Positions 47,526 through 58,560 of a stretch of 64,000 nt of DNA are shown here, in pieces. The stretch's first letter is position 1; each line of letters opens with the position of its first letter. The DNA comes from Christensenellaceae bacterium (GTDB taxonomy: Bacteria; Bacillota; Clostridia; Christensenellales; CAG-138). The notes below the pieces were generated by a model, which was not told the origin of the DNA, did not search any database, and saw nothing but the letters and a program-made list of their open reading frames with translations. The stretch spans positions 861,933 through 925,932 of the forward strand of contig OY762936.1 in NCBI GenBank assembly GCA_963666935.1, in the 5' to 3' direction. A program made the position numbers and the translations under genes.

Positions 47526-48068
47526 TTATAATTGGGTTGAATTGATATCGTCTTCGTTTTCCTTTGCCAGTTCCGCCAGCGTGACTTTTCCGTGGCTGAT
47601 GGCCGTGACGCCCGTGCGGCACAGCTCAATGATCCGGTACGGGCTCAACACCCGCAGGAAAGCGTCGATTTTGGATGGTTTTCCGGTAAGCTCTACGACG
47701 ATACTATCCACCGAAAGGTCCACGATGCCGGCCTTATATACTTCGGCAATTTCCTTCACGGCACTGCGTTCTTTTTCTTCCGCTGCAAGCTTTACCAGCA
47801 GCAACTCGCGCTGAATCGTATCCTTTTCCGGAAGGATGGCGATAGCGCCGGTATCTTCCAGCTTTTCGGTTTGCAGAAGAATCTGGTCCAGAATTTGCGG
47901 ATTGCCGCGCACCGTGATGGTGATGCGCGACACCCCCGGGTCATTGGTTTCGGATACCGTCAGGGAGTCGATGTTGTAGCCCCGCCTGCCGAAAAGGCTG
48001 GCGACTCGGGCGAGTACGCCGGGGTGATTTTCCACCAGCATGGACAAAATTTCTTTTTCCATTTCCAT
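47526..48068 (-). CDS. ilvN: Acetolactate synthase small (regulatory) subunit, copy 1
   Basis: ACT domain [30 protein letters not shown]. Confidence 0.9.
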   Translation of the reverse strand: MEMEKEILSMLVENHPGVLARVASLFGRRGYNIDSLTVSETNDPGVSRITITVRGNPQILDQILLQTEKLEDTGAIAILPEKDTIQRELLLVKLAAEEKERSAVKEIAEVYKAGIVDLSVDSIVVELTGKPSKIDAFLRVLSPYRIIELCRTGVTAISHGKVTLAELAKENEDDINSTQL

Positions 48069-48079
48069 AACGCACCTCC

Positions 48080-49738
48080 TTACCGCGTGATCATGTCTCT
48101 TACGGTCATGCCGGACGGGATCATGGGAAGAACCCGTTCCTCAGGGTTTATCTCACAGGTGATCCAGACAGGACCGCTGTCTTTTAGGGCCGCCGCGAAG
48201 GCGTCCTTAAACTCCGCCAAAGTTTTAACCGTGTATGCCGCCAGACCAAAGCCGTGGCCCACCATCGTAAAGTCCGTTTTGCGGTACGGCTCCGTTTCCA
48301 TATAGCGCGAATCACAGTATACGGTCTGAAGCTGGCGCACCATGCCCAGAACCTTGTTGTCTATGTTGATGGTGATTACCTTGATTCCGTAGCTGACCGC
48401 GGTGCAGGCTTCTGTCATGTTCATGTGGAGTGAGCCGTCACCCGTAATATGAATGACCGTGCTGTCTGGGCAGGCCAGCTTCGCGCCGATGGCCGCGCCG
48501 TAACCGAAGCCCATGGCGCCCAGGCCGCCGCTGGTGATAAAGCGCCGCAGTTTTCCGCAGTGTTGCGCCGCCCACATCTGGTGCTGGCCCACGTCGGTGG
48601 TCATCATGGTATTTTCATCCGTCATGGAAGAGATGGTTTGCAAAATGCCGCGTGGGCTGAGCATGTTTGGATCGTCGGAGCCGCCGCATGCAAAGTTCTT
48701 CCACGCCGCCAGACGCGAGGTCCATTCGGGCCTCTCACCATATTCCACAAGGGGAAGGAGCGCTTCCAGCGTTGCTTTGACATCGCCTACAACACCCGTG
48801 GTGATGCTAACGTTTTTGCGCATTTCGCTGGGGTCGATATCTACCTGCACGATCTTTGCGCGCTTGGCAAAAGCCTCCATGTTGAGGGCAACTCTGTCGC
48901 TCATGCGGCAGCCAAGCACCAGTACCATATCGGCCGCATCCACAGCCTTGTTGGCCGCTACGCTGCCGTGCATACCTAAAAGGCCCATGTTGTGCGGGTT
49001 GTCTTGTTCAAAAAGGCCCGTTGCCATCAAAGTGTTGCAGCAGGGGATTCCGCTTTTCTCTACCAGCGTTGTTAGTGCCTGCTGTGCATCGGCCGCCACG
49101 ACACCGCCGCCATAGCAGAGGATGGGCCGCTCGGATGCGTTGAGCAGTTCGGCGATGAATTGCACCTGGTCCGGCCGGGGCGCTCTAATCGAAGAAACTT
49201 CCATCGGCGGCGCGGGCATAAACTCGCAGGCCGAGGCGAGAATATCTTTGGGGATATCCACCAGCACAGGGCCGCGCCTGCCGCTTTGGGCGATCCGAAA
49301 GGCGTTGCGTATCGTTTCCGCCAGTTCATTTAAATCCTGTACGGCATAGTTGTGTTTTGTGATGGGCGTGGTAATGCCCGTGATATAGACTTCCTGGAAG
49401 CTGTCGCGGCCGATCAGCTGGGTGCTCACGTTGGCCGTGATGACCACCATGGGAATGCTGTCCATAAAGGCGTTGGCAATGCCCGTTACGGTATTGGTGG
49501 CGCCCGGGCCGCTGGTAACGACCACGACCCCCGGCTTGCCGCACGCCCGGGCATACCCGTCCGCAGCGTGGGCTGCGCCCTGCTCATGCGCCGTTAGGTA
49601 ATGGTGTATTTTGCCGTCCCCGCGGGCATACAGCGCATCATAGATGCCCAGCGCTGCGCCGCCTGGATACCCAAACACGGTGTCGACACCCTGCTCTTCC
49701 AACACTTCCAAAAGAATTTCCGCGCCTGTCAGCTTCAT
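48080..49738 (-). CDS. ilvB: Acetolactate synthase large subunit, copy 1
   Basis: TPP enzyme with GYPGG, TSGPGATN and GLGAMGFG...GDGS motifs. Confidence 0.95.
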   Translation of the reverse strand: MKLTGAEILLEVLEEQGVDTVFGYPGGAALGIYDALYARGDGKIHHYLTAHEQGAAHAADGYARACGKPGVVVVTSGPGATNTVTGIANAFMDSIPMVVITANVSTQLIGRDSFQEVYITGITTPITKHNYAVQDLNELAETIRNAFRIAQSGRRGPVLVDIPKDILASACEFMPAPPMEVSSIRAPRPDQVQFIAELLNASERPILCYGGGVVAADAQQALTTLVEKSGIPCCNTLMATGLFEQDNPHNMGLLGMHGSVAANKAVDAADMVLVLGCRMSDRVALNMEAFAKRAKIVQVDIDPSEMRKNVSITTGVVGDVKATLEALLPLVEYGERPEWTSRLAAWKNFACGGSDDPNMLSPRGILQTISSMTDENTMMTTDVGQHQMWAAQHCGKLRRFITSGGLGAMGFGYGAAIGAKLACPDSTVIHITGDGSLHMNMTEACTAVSYGIKVITINIDNKVLGMVRQLQTVYCDSRYMETEPYRKTDFTMVGHGFGLAAYTVKTLAEFKDAFAAALKDSGPVWITCEINPEERVLPMIPSGMTVRDMITR

Positions 49739-49810
49739 TTTTTACCTCCCGCCCCAGCAGGGGCCACGTTCAAAAGTGCTCTAATTATTGACATGAGGTT
49801 ATAAACATGA

Positions 49811-49839
49811 AATATACTATATCCAATCTATTTCGTCAA
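49811..49839 (-). promoter_or_regulatory. Internal promoter between the two AHAS gene pairs
   Basis: Minus strand: TTGACG, 17-nt spacer, TATATT, about 70 nt upstream of the copy-1 ilvB start. Confidence 0.55.
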
Positions 49840-49869
49840 CTCTCAATTTACATTTTACCAAGATTCCTC

Positions 49870-50379
49870 TTACAAATCCTTGGCAAGCACCGAGTCGCCG
49901 TGCCCGATGGCCGTGACCCCGGTGCGGCACAATTCCAGAATTTTATAATCTTCCATCACCCGCAAAAAAGCGTCTATCTTTGAGGGCTTACCCGTGAGTT
50001 CCAGCACCATGCTGCGGGCGGATAGATCGACAATGGAGGCCTTGTATACTTCGGCGATGTCCCGGATCGCACTGCGGGTGCGCTCGTCCGCTGCAATTTT
50101 AATCAACAGCAGCTCCCGCTGGATGGAATCCGTATCGGCTAAAATGGTGACGGCCTGCGTTTCCACCAACTTGCGCGTTTGCATGACAATCTGATCGATG
50201 ATCTGCTCGCTTCCCTCCGTGGTGATGGTGATGCGGGTAAACGCAGGATTTTCGGTGGTTGAGGCCGCGATGGTTTCAATGTTGTAACCCCGCCGCTCGA
50301 ACAGGCTCGCAATGCGTGCCAGCACGCCGGACTTGTTTTCAACCAGAATGGAAATGACTTCTCTTCTTGTGGCTTCCAT
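49870..50379 (-). CDS. ilvN: Acetolactate synthase small subunit, copy 2
   Basis: ACT domain ISILVENKSGVLARIASLFERRGYNIETI. It is a paralog of 47526-48068. Confidence 0.9.
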   Translation of the reverse strand: MEATRREVISILVENKSGVLARIASLFERRGYNIETIAASTTENPAFTRITITTEGSEQIIDQIVMQTRKLVETQAVTILADTDSIQRELLLIKIAADERTRSAIRDIAEVYKASIVDLSARSMVLELTGKPSKIDAFLRVMEDYKILELCRTGVTAIGHGDSVLAKDL

Positions 50380-50394
50380 ATAGATGCCTCCTTT

Positions 50395-52059
50395 CTATTG
50401 CAGGATGGTTTGATCGACGGTCTGGCCGTTGGGGATCATGGGAAGAACCCGCTCATCCGGGCAAATGGGGCATTCGATCCATACAGGCCCCTGTGCTGCC
50501 AGCGCCTCGCAAAACGCCGCTTCAAACGCCTCGGGTGTTTGCGCGCACAATGTCTTTACGCCGAAACCTTCCCCCAGTTTGAGATAGTCCGTTTTGCGGT
50601 CCGGCTCCGTGGCCATCCGGCGCTTGTTGAGAAATATATCCTGCCATTGCCGTACCATACCCAAACCGCAGTTGTTCATGATGATAGTAATTACCTTCAC
50701 ACCGTAGGTGACTGCCGTGCAGGCCTCGTTCATGTTCATGTGAAAAGAGCCGTCGCTGGTGATATGCACTACGGTGGCATCCGGGCAGCCCAACTTTGCG
50801 CCAATGGCGGCGCCATAGCCGAACCCCATTGTGCCGAAGCCGCCGCTGGTGATGAAGCGCCGCGGCTTTACATTGCGAATATACTGCGCCGCCCAGAGCT
50901 GGTGCTGCCCCACATCCGTGACCACGCACAGCGATTCTCTCGCCAAGCGGGAAATAGCATCCATCACGTGGTACGGGCGCAAAACATCCCGATCACAGGG
51001 AGGTGTATAATCCTCCGCTTTGAAGCTTTCGATCTGGGCAAGCCAATCCGTGCGCGTCTGCGCCGGGTCGATTTCCTTCGTCAGACCGCACAAAACAGCG
51101 CCTATATCGCCCGCGATTCCCATATCCGCTCTCACGTTTTTGCGCATTTCACTGGGGTCGATATCGATCTGGAGCACTTTTGCGCCGGGGGCAAAGCTTT
51201 CTGCCCTTTGCGCCACGCGGTCGGAAAAGCGTACGCCCATTGCAATGAGCAGATCCGATTCGGCAATGGCGCGGTTAGCCGCAACGCAGCCGTGCATGCC
51301 GGCCATGCCCAGATAGTGCGGGTTGTCGTTTAAAAGTGCCCCGAGCCCCATCATCGTGCTTGCCGCGGGTAGGTTGCCCTTGCTCAGAAAGGCATCGAGC
51401 AGCTGTGAAGCGCCGCTACTGATTATGCCGCCGCCGTAGAGAACCACCGGCCTTTCGCTTTCGTTGATGAGTTTTGCCGCCGCGCACAATTCTGCTTCCC
51501 CGCAACATGTTGCTTCCTGTTTGGCCTTATTTGCCGCGGGCGTGAACTCGCAAGATTCCAGCAGGATATCCTTGGGAATATCCACCAGCACCGGACCCTT
51601 GCGGCCACCGTTTGCGATGGCAAACGCTTCGCGCAAAGAATCAGCGAGCTTATCAATATCCTTGACCATATGGTTGTGCTTCGTAATGGGCATGGTGATG
51701 CCCGTAATGTGCGCCTCCTGGAAGCTGTCCCGCCCAATCATATTCCGGCTGACGTTGGCCGTGATGACTACCATGGGGATGCTGTCCAAATGGGCGGTGG
51801 CGATGCCGGTTACGGTATTGGTGGCACCGGGGCCGCTGGTGACCGCTACTACACCCGGCTTGCCGGTTGCCCGGGCATAGCCGTCCGCCGCGTGGGTCGC
51901 GCCCTGCTCATGGGCCGTCAAATAAAAGTTGATATCGTCCTGCCTGTCGTAAAGCGCATCAAACAGGTGGAGAACTGTTCCGCCGGGATAGCCGAACACC
52001 GTATCCACACCCTGTTCAATCAGCACTTCCGTTACGATTTGCGCACCTGTTAATTTCAA
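50395..52059 (-). CDS. ilvB: Acetolactate synthase large subunit, copy 2
   Basis: Same TPP motifs as copy 1. It is visibly a diverged paralog of 48080-49738. Confidence 0.95.
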   Translation of the reverse strand: MKLTGAQIVTEVLIEQGVDTVFGYPGGTVLHLFDALYDRQDDINFYLTAHEQGATHAADGYARATGKPGVVAVTSGPGATNTVTGIATAHLDSIPMVVITANVSRNMIGRDSFQEAHITGITMPITKHNHMVKDIDKLADSLREAFAIANGGRKGPVLVDIPKDILLESCEFTPAANKAKQEATCCGEAELCAAAKLINESERPVVLYGGGIISSGASQLLDAFLSKGNLPAASTMMGLGALLNDNPHYLGMAGMHGCVAANRAIAESDLLIAMGVRFSDRVAQRAESFAPGAKVLQIDIDPSEMRKNVRADMGIAGDIGAVLCGLTKEIDPAQTRTDWLAQIESFKAEDYTPPCDRDVLRPYHVMDAISRLARESLCVVTDVGQHQLWAAQYIRNVKPRRFITSGGFGTMGFGYGAAIGAKLGCPDATVVHITSDGSFHMNMNEACTAVTYGVKVITIIMNNCGLGMVRQWQDIFLNKRRMATEPDRKTDYLKLGEGFGVKTLCAQTPEAFEAAFCEALAAQGPVWIECPICPDERVLPMIPNGQTVDQTILQ

Positions 52060-52081
52060 TTGAAACGACCTCCCTTCAATA

Positions 52082-52348
52082 CAAAAAACCCTTGCCTCCT
52101 ATTTAAGAGACAAGGGTCAAATCCCCTGCGGTACCACTCTTCTTGCCGTCCATTGTGTTATGACGACCACTTAGCTGCATCCAACAATGCAAATTGCTAT
52201 AACGGGCGATTCCCGTTCGCGCTTACACAGGCGTTAACCCTTCAGGCGAATGCTCAGGGGTGATTCGTTCCGCAGATCCTGCACCGCCTTGCACCCTCCG
52301 GCGGCTCTCTGCAACATTCACAACGGACTTTTCCCCATCAACGCATAC
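52082..52348 (-). ncRNA. T-box riboswitch leader, probable Ile (AUC) specifier
   Basis: Minus strand: Stem I GCGUUGAUGGGGAAAAGU, AGAGAG box, distal GGUGCAA, and specifier-loop 3' side AACGA-AUC-A. The T-box sequence is AGAGUGGUACCGCAGG, followed by terminator CCCUUGUCUC...GAGGCAAGGG plus U6. Confidence 0.85.
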
Positions 52349-52364
52349 AAAAATTTAATTAGGA

Positions 52365-52396
52365 ATTATAGTACCATGAATATGCCGCTTTGTCAA
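52365..52396 (-). promoter_or_regulatory. ilv operon promoter
   Basis: Minus strand: TTGACA (52396-91), then TGgTACTAT at 17-nt spacing, overlapping a TATAAT at 20-nt spacing. Confidence 0.6.
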
Positions 52397-52414
52397 GAAG
52401 CGAAACCCTGCAGA

Positions 52415-53608
52415 TCATAAAATATTTTCAGCTGCCTTGTGTTCCACAAATTGTCTTGCGGTGCGGGGCGTGCGCCCACCGGTGCGGATGGCGAAAGCTT
52501 CCGCTTCTTTTTCTAGCGTTTCCTGGGGGATTTTAAGCCCATAAGCCTCCGTATAGCGGCGTGCGATCTCCAGATACAGCTCGCGCTCGGGCCTTGAAAA
52601 ATTCACGATCAGGCCGAAACGCGCGGCGAGGCTGGTGGTTTCCTCCAGCGTGTCGTTCAGGTGCAGCTCGTCGCCTGCGCGCCCGGAAAAACTCTCCCGC
52701 ACCAGATGGCGGCGGTTGCTAGTGGCGCAGATGATCACATTGCCGGGCCGGGAGCTGATACTGCCTTCCAACACCGCTTTGAGCGCCGTGAAGTTGGCGT
52801 CGTTTTCTCCGAAAGAGAGGTCGTCTATAAACAACATGAATTTCAAGGGGTTGTCGGATAGAAAATCCAAAAGCGCGGGAATCAATTGCAGCTGATCCTG
52901 CCGCAACTGTACCAGCCGCAGCCCCTTGCCGCACAGTTCGTTGGCAATGGCTTTGATGGTGCTGCTCTTGCCTGTGCCGGCATCGCCGTAGAGCAGCATA
53001 TTGCTTGCAGGGATTCCGGCAAGCAGGGCCAGCGCGTTATTTAGGATCCGCTCTCGCTCTGCGGCATATCCGCACAGCGCGTCAAGGCGCTGGGGATCCG
53101 GATGCGCCACGGGCACAAGGTTTCCCTCGTCGTCCAGCCAAAACATGTGGTATGCGGCAAATATTCCGTAACCGGTTTCCTGTATCTGTGCAAGGCGCTG
53201 CCGGAACAGCGTTTTGAAATCTCTCTTTTCAAAAATCCAGTCCAGCGCCGGTGCACCATCGCCCAACTCTTCATAAAAAGGACGGCTGGGCAGTGCGGCC
53301 AGCGTGGCAAGGATGTCCAGTTCCCTATCTGCCTGAGCGTAAAGCGCCGCGCAGGGTGCTCTACCCGCCGCCGCTTCCCGAACGAAAAAATTATCATCGA
53401 GCAGCACAGCCCGTTCAATCAGGTCCGTCAGGTTGCCGCCCTGTGACCAGATCAGGCGCGCAAGCTCGGCATACGCGGCAATTCGCTCCGCATCAGAAGC
53501 GACGAGCATGCGCCGCGCCGCGGCCACCGCTTTTTGGTCAAGCAGGCCCCGGAAGAGAATCAGACCCTCTAGGGATCGATCCAGCGCGATATATGCGGGA
53601 TAGGACAT
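52415..53608 (-). CDS. DUF815-type AAA+ ATPase (COG2607)
   Basis: Walker A LLYGDAGTGKSS and Walker B LFIDDLSF in the typical DUF815 layout. Confidence 0.75.
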   Translation of the reverse strand: MSYPAYIALDRSLEGLILFRGLLDQKAVAAARRMLVASDAERIAAYAELARLIWSQGGNLTDLIERAVLLDDNFFVREAAAGRAPCAALYAQADRELDILATLAALPSRPFYEELGDGAPALDWIFEKRDFKTLFRQRLAQIQETGYGIFAAYHMFWLDDEGNLVPVAHPDPQRLDALCGYAAERERILNNALALLAGIPASNMLLYGDAGTGKSSTIKAIANELCGKGLRLVQLRQDQLQLIPALLDFLSDNPLKFMLFIDDLSFGENDANFTALKAVLEGSISSRPGNVIICATSNRRHLVRESFSGRAGDELHLNDTLEETTSLAARFGLIVNFSRPERELYLEIARRYTEAYGLKIPQETLEKEAEAFAIRTGGRTPRTARQFVEHKAAENIL

Positions 53609-53706
53609 GGGCTCACCTCAATAAATTTTTGCCTATTATACTGCATTTGTATAGCGATGTACAGGCTCTGAGGCAAATTGTTATATTAATAACTTTTAAA
53701 AAAGTA

Positions 53707-53735
53707 TTGACAGCGGAGAATATATAGTGTATATT
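53707..53735 (+). promoter_or_regulatory. leu operon promoter
   Basis: TTGACA, 17-nt spacer, TATATT. Confidence 0.7.
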
Positions 53736-53749
53736 CGCACAAAATAACT

Positions 53750-54025
53750 TAAATGCGCCGAAGGGAACAAAGTTACGGTGGAAGCGTTGCAGAGAGCCGC
53801 CAAGAGGTGTAAGGCGGTACCTGAACCCGTGACGAACTCTTCCTCGAGCATCTGGCTGAAGGGCACTGCCTGTGTAGGTTCGGACGGAATCCTCCCCGTT
53901 AGAAGGAGGCTGTATTCACCGCCATGCGCGGCTGATACGGACTGAGCGGGGCATATTATATGCCCAAGCAGAGTGGTACCGCGGATATACTCCGTCTCTT
54001 GCAAATCAAGAGACGGAGTTTTTTT
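53750..54025 (+). ncRNA. T-box riboswitch leader, probable Leu (CUC) specifier
   Basis: Stem I GCGCCGAAGGGAACAAAGU, AGAGAG box, GGUGUAA distal loop, and ACGAA-CUC-U in the specifier loop. The T-box sequence is AGAGUGGUACCGCGG, followed by terminator CTCCGTCTCTT-GCAAATC-AAGAGACGGAG plus T7. Confidence 0.9.
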
Positions 54026-54048
54026 ATTTCGTAAGAAAGGATATCAAC

Positions 54049-55554
54049 ATGGAGAAAAAGATCATATTCTTCGACACAACGCTCCGGGATGGGGAACAGT
54101 CCCCCGGATGCAGCATGAACCTGAAAGAGAAGCTGGAGATGGCGCGGCAGCTCGACCGACTGGGCGTGGACGTCATTGAAGCGGGCTTCCCGATTTCCTC
54201 CCCAGACGATGCACAGGCCGTGGCGGCCATTTCCCAAGTGGTGGAGCACGCCAGCATTGCCGCTCTTGCGCGCTGCGTCAAGGTCGATATCGACGCGGCA
54301 TACGGAAGCTTAAAAAACGCGAAAAGACCCAGAATGCACGTGTTTCTGGCTACCAGCGATATTCATCTGCAATACAAACTGAAAATGACGCGGGAGGAAG
54401 CGATTGCCCGCATCGATGAGATGGTCCGCTATGCGGCGTCTTTGGTGCCGGTCATCGAATTTTCCGCGGAGGATGCCTCTCGTTCCGATCCCGCTTTCCT
54501 GGCGCAGTGCTATACCACCGCCATTGCCGCGGGCGCCAAGGTGATTAATGTGCCGGATACGGTGGGTTATGCCATGCCGGATGAGATGCGGGATTTGATT
54601 CTCTACCTCAAAGCCAACGTGAAGGGGATTGAGAATGTGGATATCTCTGTTCACTGCCACGATGACTTGGGTATGGCGGTGGCCAATTCTCTGGCCTGCA
54701 TTCGTGCGGGAGCCACGCAGGTGGAATGTACCGTCAGCGGCATCGGTGAGCGGGCGGGCAACGCCAGCCTGGAGGAAATCGTCATGAGCCTCAAAACCCG
54801 AAAAGAATACTTTGGCGCGGGGTATGGTATCAATACCCGTGAAATATACCGCTCCAGCAGGCTGCTGTCTACTATCACAGGCGTGCCGGTGGCGCCCAAC
54901 AAATCCATCGTGGGCAAAAACGCCTTCGCTCACGAAGCCGGCATTCACCAGCACGGTGTGATCTCCAACCCGCTCACCTATGAGATCATGGTGGCGGAAG
55001 AGGTTGGGGTATCCCAGCGCAGCATGGTGCTCGGCAAACATTCCGGCAAGCACGCCCTTCGGGAACGGCTGGAATCCTTCGGCCACATACCGGGGAAGGA
55101 GGAGATGGAAACAATCTTTGTGCGGTTCAAGGAGCTCTGCGACAAGAAGAAGAACGTGACGGATGCGGATATTGAGGCACTGGCCATGGACGAACGCCAC
55201 ATGGTGCAGACAGTATACAAGCTGGAAGACCATGTGGTGAACACGGGCCGCAACATTTCCAATACCGCCTGCATCAAAATATGCAAGGAGGACACGCTCA
55301 TCGAGGAAGTCGCCATCGGCGACGGGCCCATTGACGCCGCCTTCAAGGCCATTGACCGCATCACCGGCATTCCCGTGACGCTGGAGAGTTACAGCATTAC
55401 TGCGGTAACCGAGGGAGAGGACGCCATGGGCGAGGCGGTCATCAAACTCCGCCATGAAGATAGTATTTATACTGGGCGGGGGTTATCTACCGACATCATC
55501 GAATCGTCCATACAGGCTTACCTCAACGGCCTGAACAAAATCGTTTCCGTATAG
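54049..55554 (+). CDS. leuA: 2-isopropylmalate synthase
   Basis: [26 protein letters not shown] and a C-terminal LeuA dimerisation/regulatory domain. Confidence 0.95.
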   Translation: MEKKIIFFDTTLRDGEQSPGCSMNLKEKLEMARQLDRLGVDVIEAGFPISSPDDAQAVAAISQVVEHASIAALARCVKVDIDAAYGSLKNAKRPRMHVFLATSDIHLQYKLKMTREEAIARIDEMVRYAASLVPVIEFSAEDASRSDPAFLAQCYTTAIAAGAKVINVPDTVGYAMPDEMRDLILYLKANVKGIENVDISVHCHDDLGMAVANSLACIRAGATQVECTVSGIGERAGNASLEEIVMSLKTRKEYFGAGYGINTREIYRSSRLLSTITGVPVAPNKSIVGKNAFAHEAGIHQHGVISNPLTYEIMVAEEVGVSQRSMVLGKHSGKHALRERLESFGHIPGKEEMETIFVRFKELCDKKKNVTDADIEALAMDERHMVQTVYKLEDHVVNTGRNISNTACIKICKEDTLIEEVAIGDGPIDAAFKAIDRITGIPVTLESYSITAVTEGEDAMGEAVIKLRHEDSIYTGRGLSTDIIESSIQAYLNGLNKIVSV

Positions 55555-55568
55555 AAAGGGGCTTTCCT

Positions 55569-56831
55569 ATGGCAATGACAATGACGCAAAAAATTCTCGC
55601 TGCACACGCGAATCTTCCCGAAGTCCGGGCAGGGCAATTGATCCGTGCCCGACTGGACATGGTGCTGGGCAACGATATCACCACCCCCGTGGCCATCAAC
55701 GAGATGGAAAAGGCCGGCATCGACAAGGTGTTTGACAAAAATCACATCTCGCTGGTGATGGATCATTTTGTTCCAAACAAGGACATCAAGGCGGCGGCCC
55801 AATGCAGCCAGTGCCGCAGTTTTGCCAAGCGCTTCGATATTACCAACTATTACGATGTGGGGGAGATGGGCATTGAGCATGCGCTGCTGCCGGAAAAGGG
55901 CCTGATTGCCCCCGGCGAAACCTGCATCGGCGCCGATTCCCACACCTGCACCTACGGCGCGCTGGGCGCTTTCTCCACCGGTGTGGGCAGCACGGATATG
56001 GCTGCCGGTATGGCCACGGGCGAATGCTGGTTCAAAGTGCCTGCCGCCATCCGGGTTGAACTGACGGACCAGCCGCGGAGGTGGGTAGGCGGTAAGGACG
56101 TTATATTGTACCTGATCGGTTTAATCGGCGTGGACGGTGCGCTGTACCGCTCGCTGGAATTCACGGGCCCGGGAGTCGCGCATCTGTCCATGGACGACCG
56201 CTTCACCATCGCCAACATGGCTATCGAGGCTGGGGCGAAAAACGGCATATTCCCCGTGGATGAAAAAACCCTTGAATATGTGGAAGGTCGGGTTAAGCGT
56301 CCCTTTACCGTATACGAGGCGGATGCCGACGCAGAATATGAGCGGACAATCCAGTTGGATCTTTCCAAAATTCCGCCCACGGTGGCTTGGCCGCATCTGC
56401 CCGAAAACGTGCACCCCGCCGCGCTGGGCGAGGATATCCCCATCGACCAAGTGGTGATCGGCTCCTGCACCAACGGGCGTATCAGCGATATGGAGATTGC
56501 CGCGGAGATCCTCAAGGGCCGCAAAGTGGCCAAAGGCGTGCGTGTCATCATTATTCCCGCTACGCAGGCCGTGTACTTGGAGTGTGTTGAACGCGGCTAC
56601 GCCAAGATATTCATTGAATCCGGCTGCGCCTTGTCCACGCCTACCTGCGGGCCGTGTCTGGGCGGCTATATGGGAATTCTATCGGCCGGCGAACGCTGTG
56701 TCGCCACCACGAACCGCAACTTTGTGGGCCGCATGGGCCATACCGAGTCCGAGGTTTATCTCGCTTCTCCCGCTGTGGCGGCGGCTTCCGCCATCACGGG
56801 AAAAATCACCGATCCGAAGGAGGTTATGTAA
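55569..56831 (+). CDS. leuC: 3-isopropylmalate dehydratase large subunit
   Basis: Aconitase-family motifs [14 protein letters not shown] and CGPCLG. Confidence 0.95.
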   Translation: MAMTMTQKILAAHANLPEVRAGQLIRARLDMVLGNDITTPVAINEMEKAGIDKVFDKNHISLVMDHFVPNKDIKAAAQCSQCRSFAKRFDITNYYDVGEMGIEHALLPEKGLIAPGETCIGADSHTCTYGALGAFSTGVGSTDMAAGMATGECWFKVPAAIRVELTDQPRRWVGGKDVILYLIGLIGVDGALYRSLEFTGPGVAHLSMDDRFTIANMAIEAGAKNGIFPVDEKTLEYVEGRVKRPFTVYEADADAEYERTIQLDLSKIPPTVAWPHLPENVHPAALGEDIPIDQVVIGSCTNGRISDMEIAAEILKGRKVAKGVRVIIIPATQAVYLECVERGYAKIFIESGCALSTPTCGPCLGGYMGILSAGERCVATTNRNFVGRMGHTESEVYLASPAVAAASAITGKITDPKEVM

Positions 56832-56832
56832 T

Positions 56833-57333
56833 ATGGCGGCAATGAATGCGACGGGCCGCGTCCATAAATACGGCAACAACATCGACACCGACGTGATTAT
56901 TCCCGCGCGTTATCTCAATACGCCGGATGCCGCCGAACTGGCGCGCCACTGCATGGAGGATATTGATGCGGACTTTGTGAAAAACGTTCATGTGGGCGAC
57001 ATCATGGTGGGCGGCAGCAACTTCGGCTGCGGCTCTTCCCGGGAGCATGCACCCCTTTCCATCCGCACTGCGGGCATTTCCTGCGTGATTGCTGCCAGCT
57101 TTGCGCGGATCTTCTACCGCAACGCCATCAACATCGGCCTTGCAATTTTGGAATGCCCCACGGCCAGCGCGGCCATTTCGGCGGGGGATATGGTGAGTGT
57201 GGACTTTGACACCGGCGTCATCACCGACGAAACCACCGGAGAGACGTTCCAGGCGGAGCCTTTCCCAGAATTCATCAAGGATATGATCAAGCGCGGCGGA
57301 CTGATGCGCGCTATTGGAGGGGAAAATGCATAA
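56833..57333 (+). CDS. leuD: 3-isopropylmalate dehydratase small subunit
   Basis: [21 protein letters not shown]...[13 protein letters not shown]. The upstream part of the ORF-track frame overlaps leuC and is rejected. Confidence 0.9.
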   Translation: MAAMNATGRVHKYGNNIDTDVIIPARYLNTPDAAELARHCMEDIDADFVKNVHVGDIMVGGSNFGCGSSREHAPLSIRTAGISCVIAASFARIFYRNAINIGLAILECPTASAAISAGDMVSVDFDTGVITDETTGETFQAEPFPEFIKDMIKRGGLMRAIGGENA

Positions 57334-58399
57334 AAGAATTGCAGTGATCGCGGGCGACGGAATCGGCCCGGAAATCACACAGCAGGGCATGCGCGTACTG
57401 GAGACCATTGCGCAGCGCTTTGGACATAGCTTTGCCTTTGAACCCGTCCTTTGCGGCGGCGCGGCCGTGGATCAGGAAGATGATCCGCTGCCACCCAAGA
57501 GCTTGCAGGCCTGCATGGAAAGCGACAGCGTGCTTTTAGGCGCTGTGGGCGGTCCCAAATGGGATGGCGTGCCCAAGGAAAAGCGCCCCGAAAAGGGATT
57601 GCTGCGCCTGCGCAGCGGCATGGGATTGTACGCCAACCTGCGCCCGGCCCGCCTGTTTTCCCAGCTTGCGGGTGCCTGCCCCCTCAAGGATGCGGACGGC
57701 ATCGACATGCTGGTGGTGCGCGAGCTGACCGGCGGCATCTACTTCGGCGAACATTCCACCCAGACAGTTGGTGGAGAACTGCGCGCCAAGGACGTGATGG
57801 AATACTCGCAAAGCGAGATTCTGAGAATTGCGCGCCTTGCCTTCGACGCAGCGCGTAGGCGCCGCAACCACGTGACTTCTGTGGATAAGGCCAATGTGCT
57901 GGACACTTCCCGCCTGTGGCGGGCTATCGTTACGGAACTGGCAAAGGAATACCCGGACGTGATTTTAGAGCACATGCTGGTGGACAACGCTGCCATGCAG
58001 CTGGTGCAATCACCCCAGCGCTTCGACGTGATGTTGAGTGAAAATATGTTTGGAGACATCCTGTCGGACGAGGCGGGAATGATCACCGGCTCCATCGGCA
58101 TGCTGCCTTCCGCCAGTATGGGAGACGGGACCCGGGGCTTGTTCGAACCCATCCACGGTTCCGCGCCCGATATCGCCGGGCGCAACATCGCCAATCCCAT
58201 AGGCACCATCCTTTCCTGCGCTATGATGCTGGAGTATTCCTTCGGCATGGGGGAAGAGGGACGGGCAATCGGAGCGGCGGTGGAAGCTGTGCTCAACGCC
58301 GGGTATAGGACCGCCGACATCTGGGTGCAGGGCTGCACCCGTGTCTCCTGCTCTGAGATGGGTGATCGCATTGTCGCCATGGTGGGCGGCCGGGCATAA
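57326..58399 (+). CDS. leuB: 3-isopropylmalate dehydrogenase
   Basis: [23 protein letters not shown]-like ([11 protein letters not shown]) and GSAPDIAG. Confidence 0.95.
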   Translation: MHKRIAVIAGDGIGPEITQQGMRVLETIAQRFGHSFAFEPVLCGGAAVDQEDDPLPPKSLQACMESDSVLLGAVGGPKWDGVPKEKRPEKGLLRLRSGMGLYANLRPARLFSQLAGACPLKDADGIDMLVVRELTGGIYFGEHSTQTVGGELRAKDVMEYSQSEILRIARLAFDAARRRRNHVTSVDKANVLDTSRLWRAIVTELAKEYPDVILEHMLVDNAAMQLVQSPQRFDVMLSENMFGDILSDEAGMITGSIGMLPSASMGDGTRGLFEPIHGSAPDIAGRNIANPIGTILSCAMMLEYSFGMGEEGRAIGAAVEAVLNAGYRTADIWVQGCTRVSCSEMGDRIVAMVGGRA

Positions 58400-58560
58400 A
58401 GAGCCTGTTCTTACCTATTGTAAATTTTAGTCGTGGCAAAAGTTCCGGCAATCGGTAGTTCGGGCTTTGACCCGGCTCTCCCTATCCGGGAGAAATTGGA
58501 ACCCAACTCCGCCGACTGTCGTTTCTGCATTTCGCTTTTGGTGGGGATGGAAAATATATT

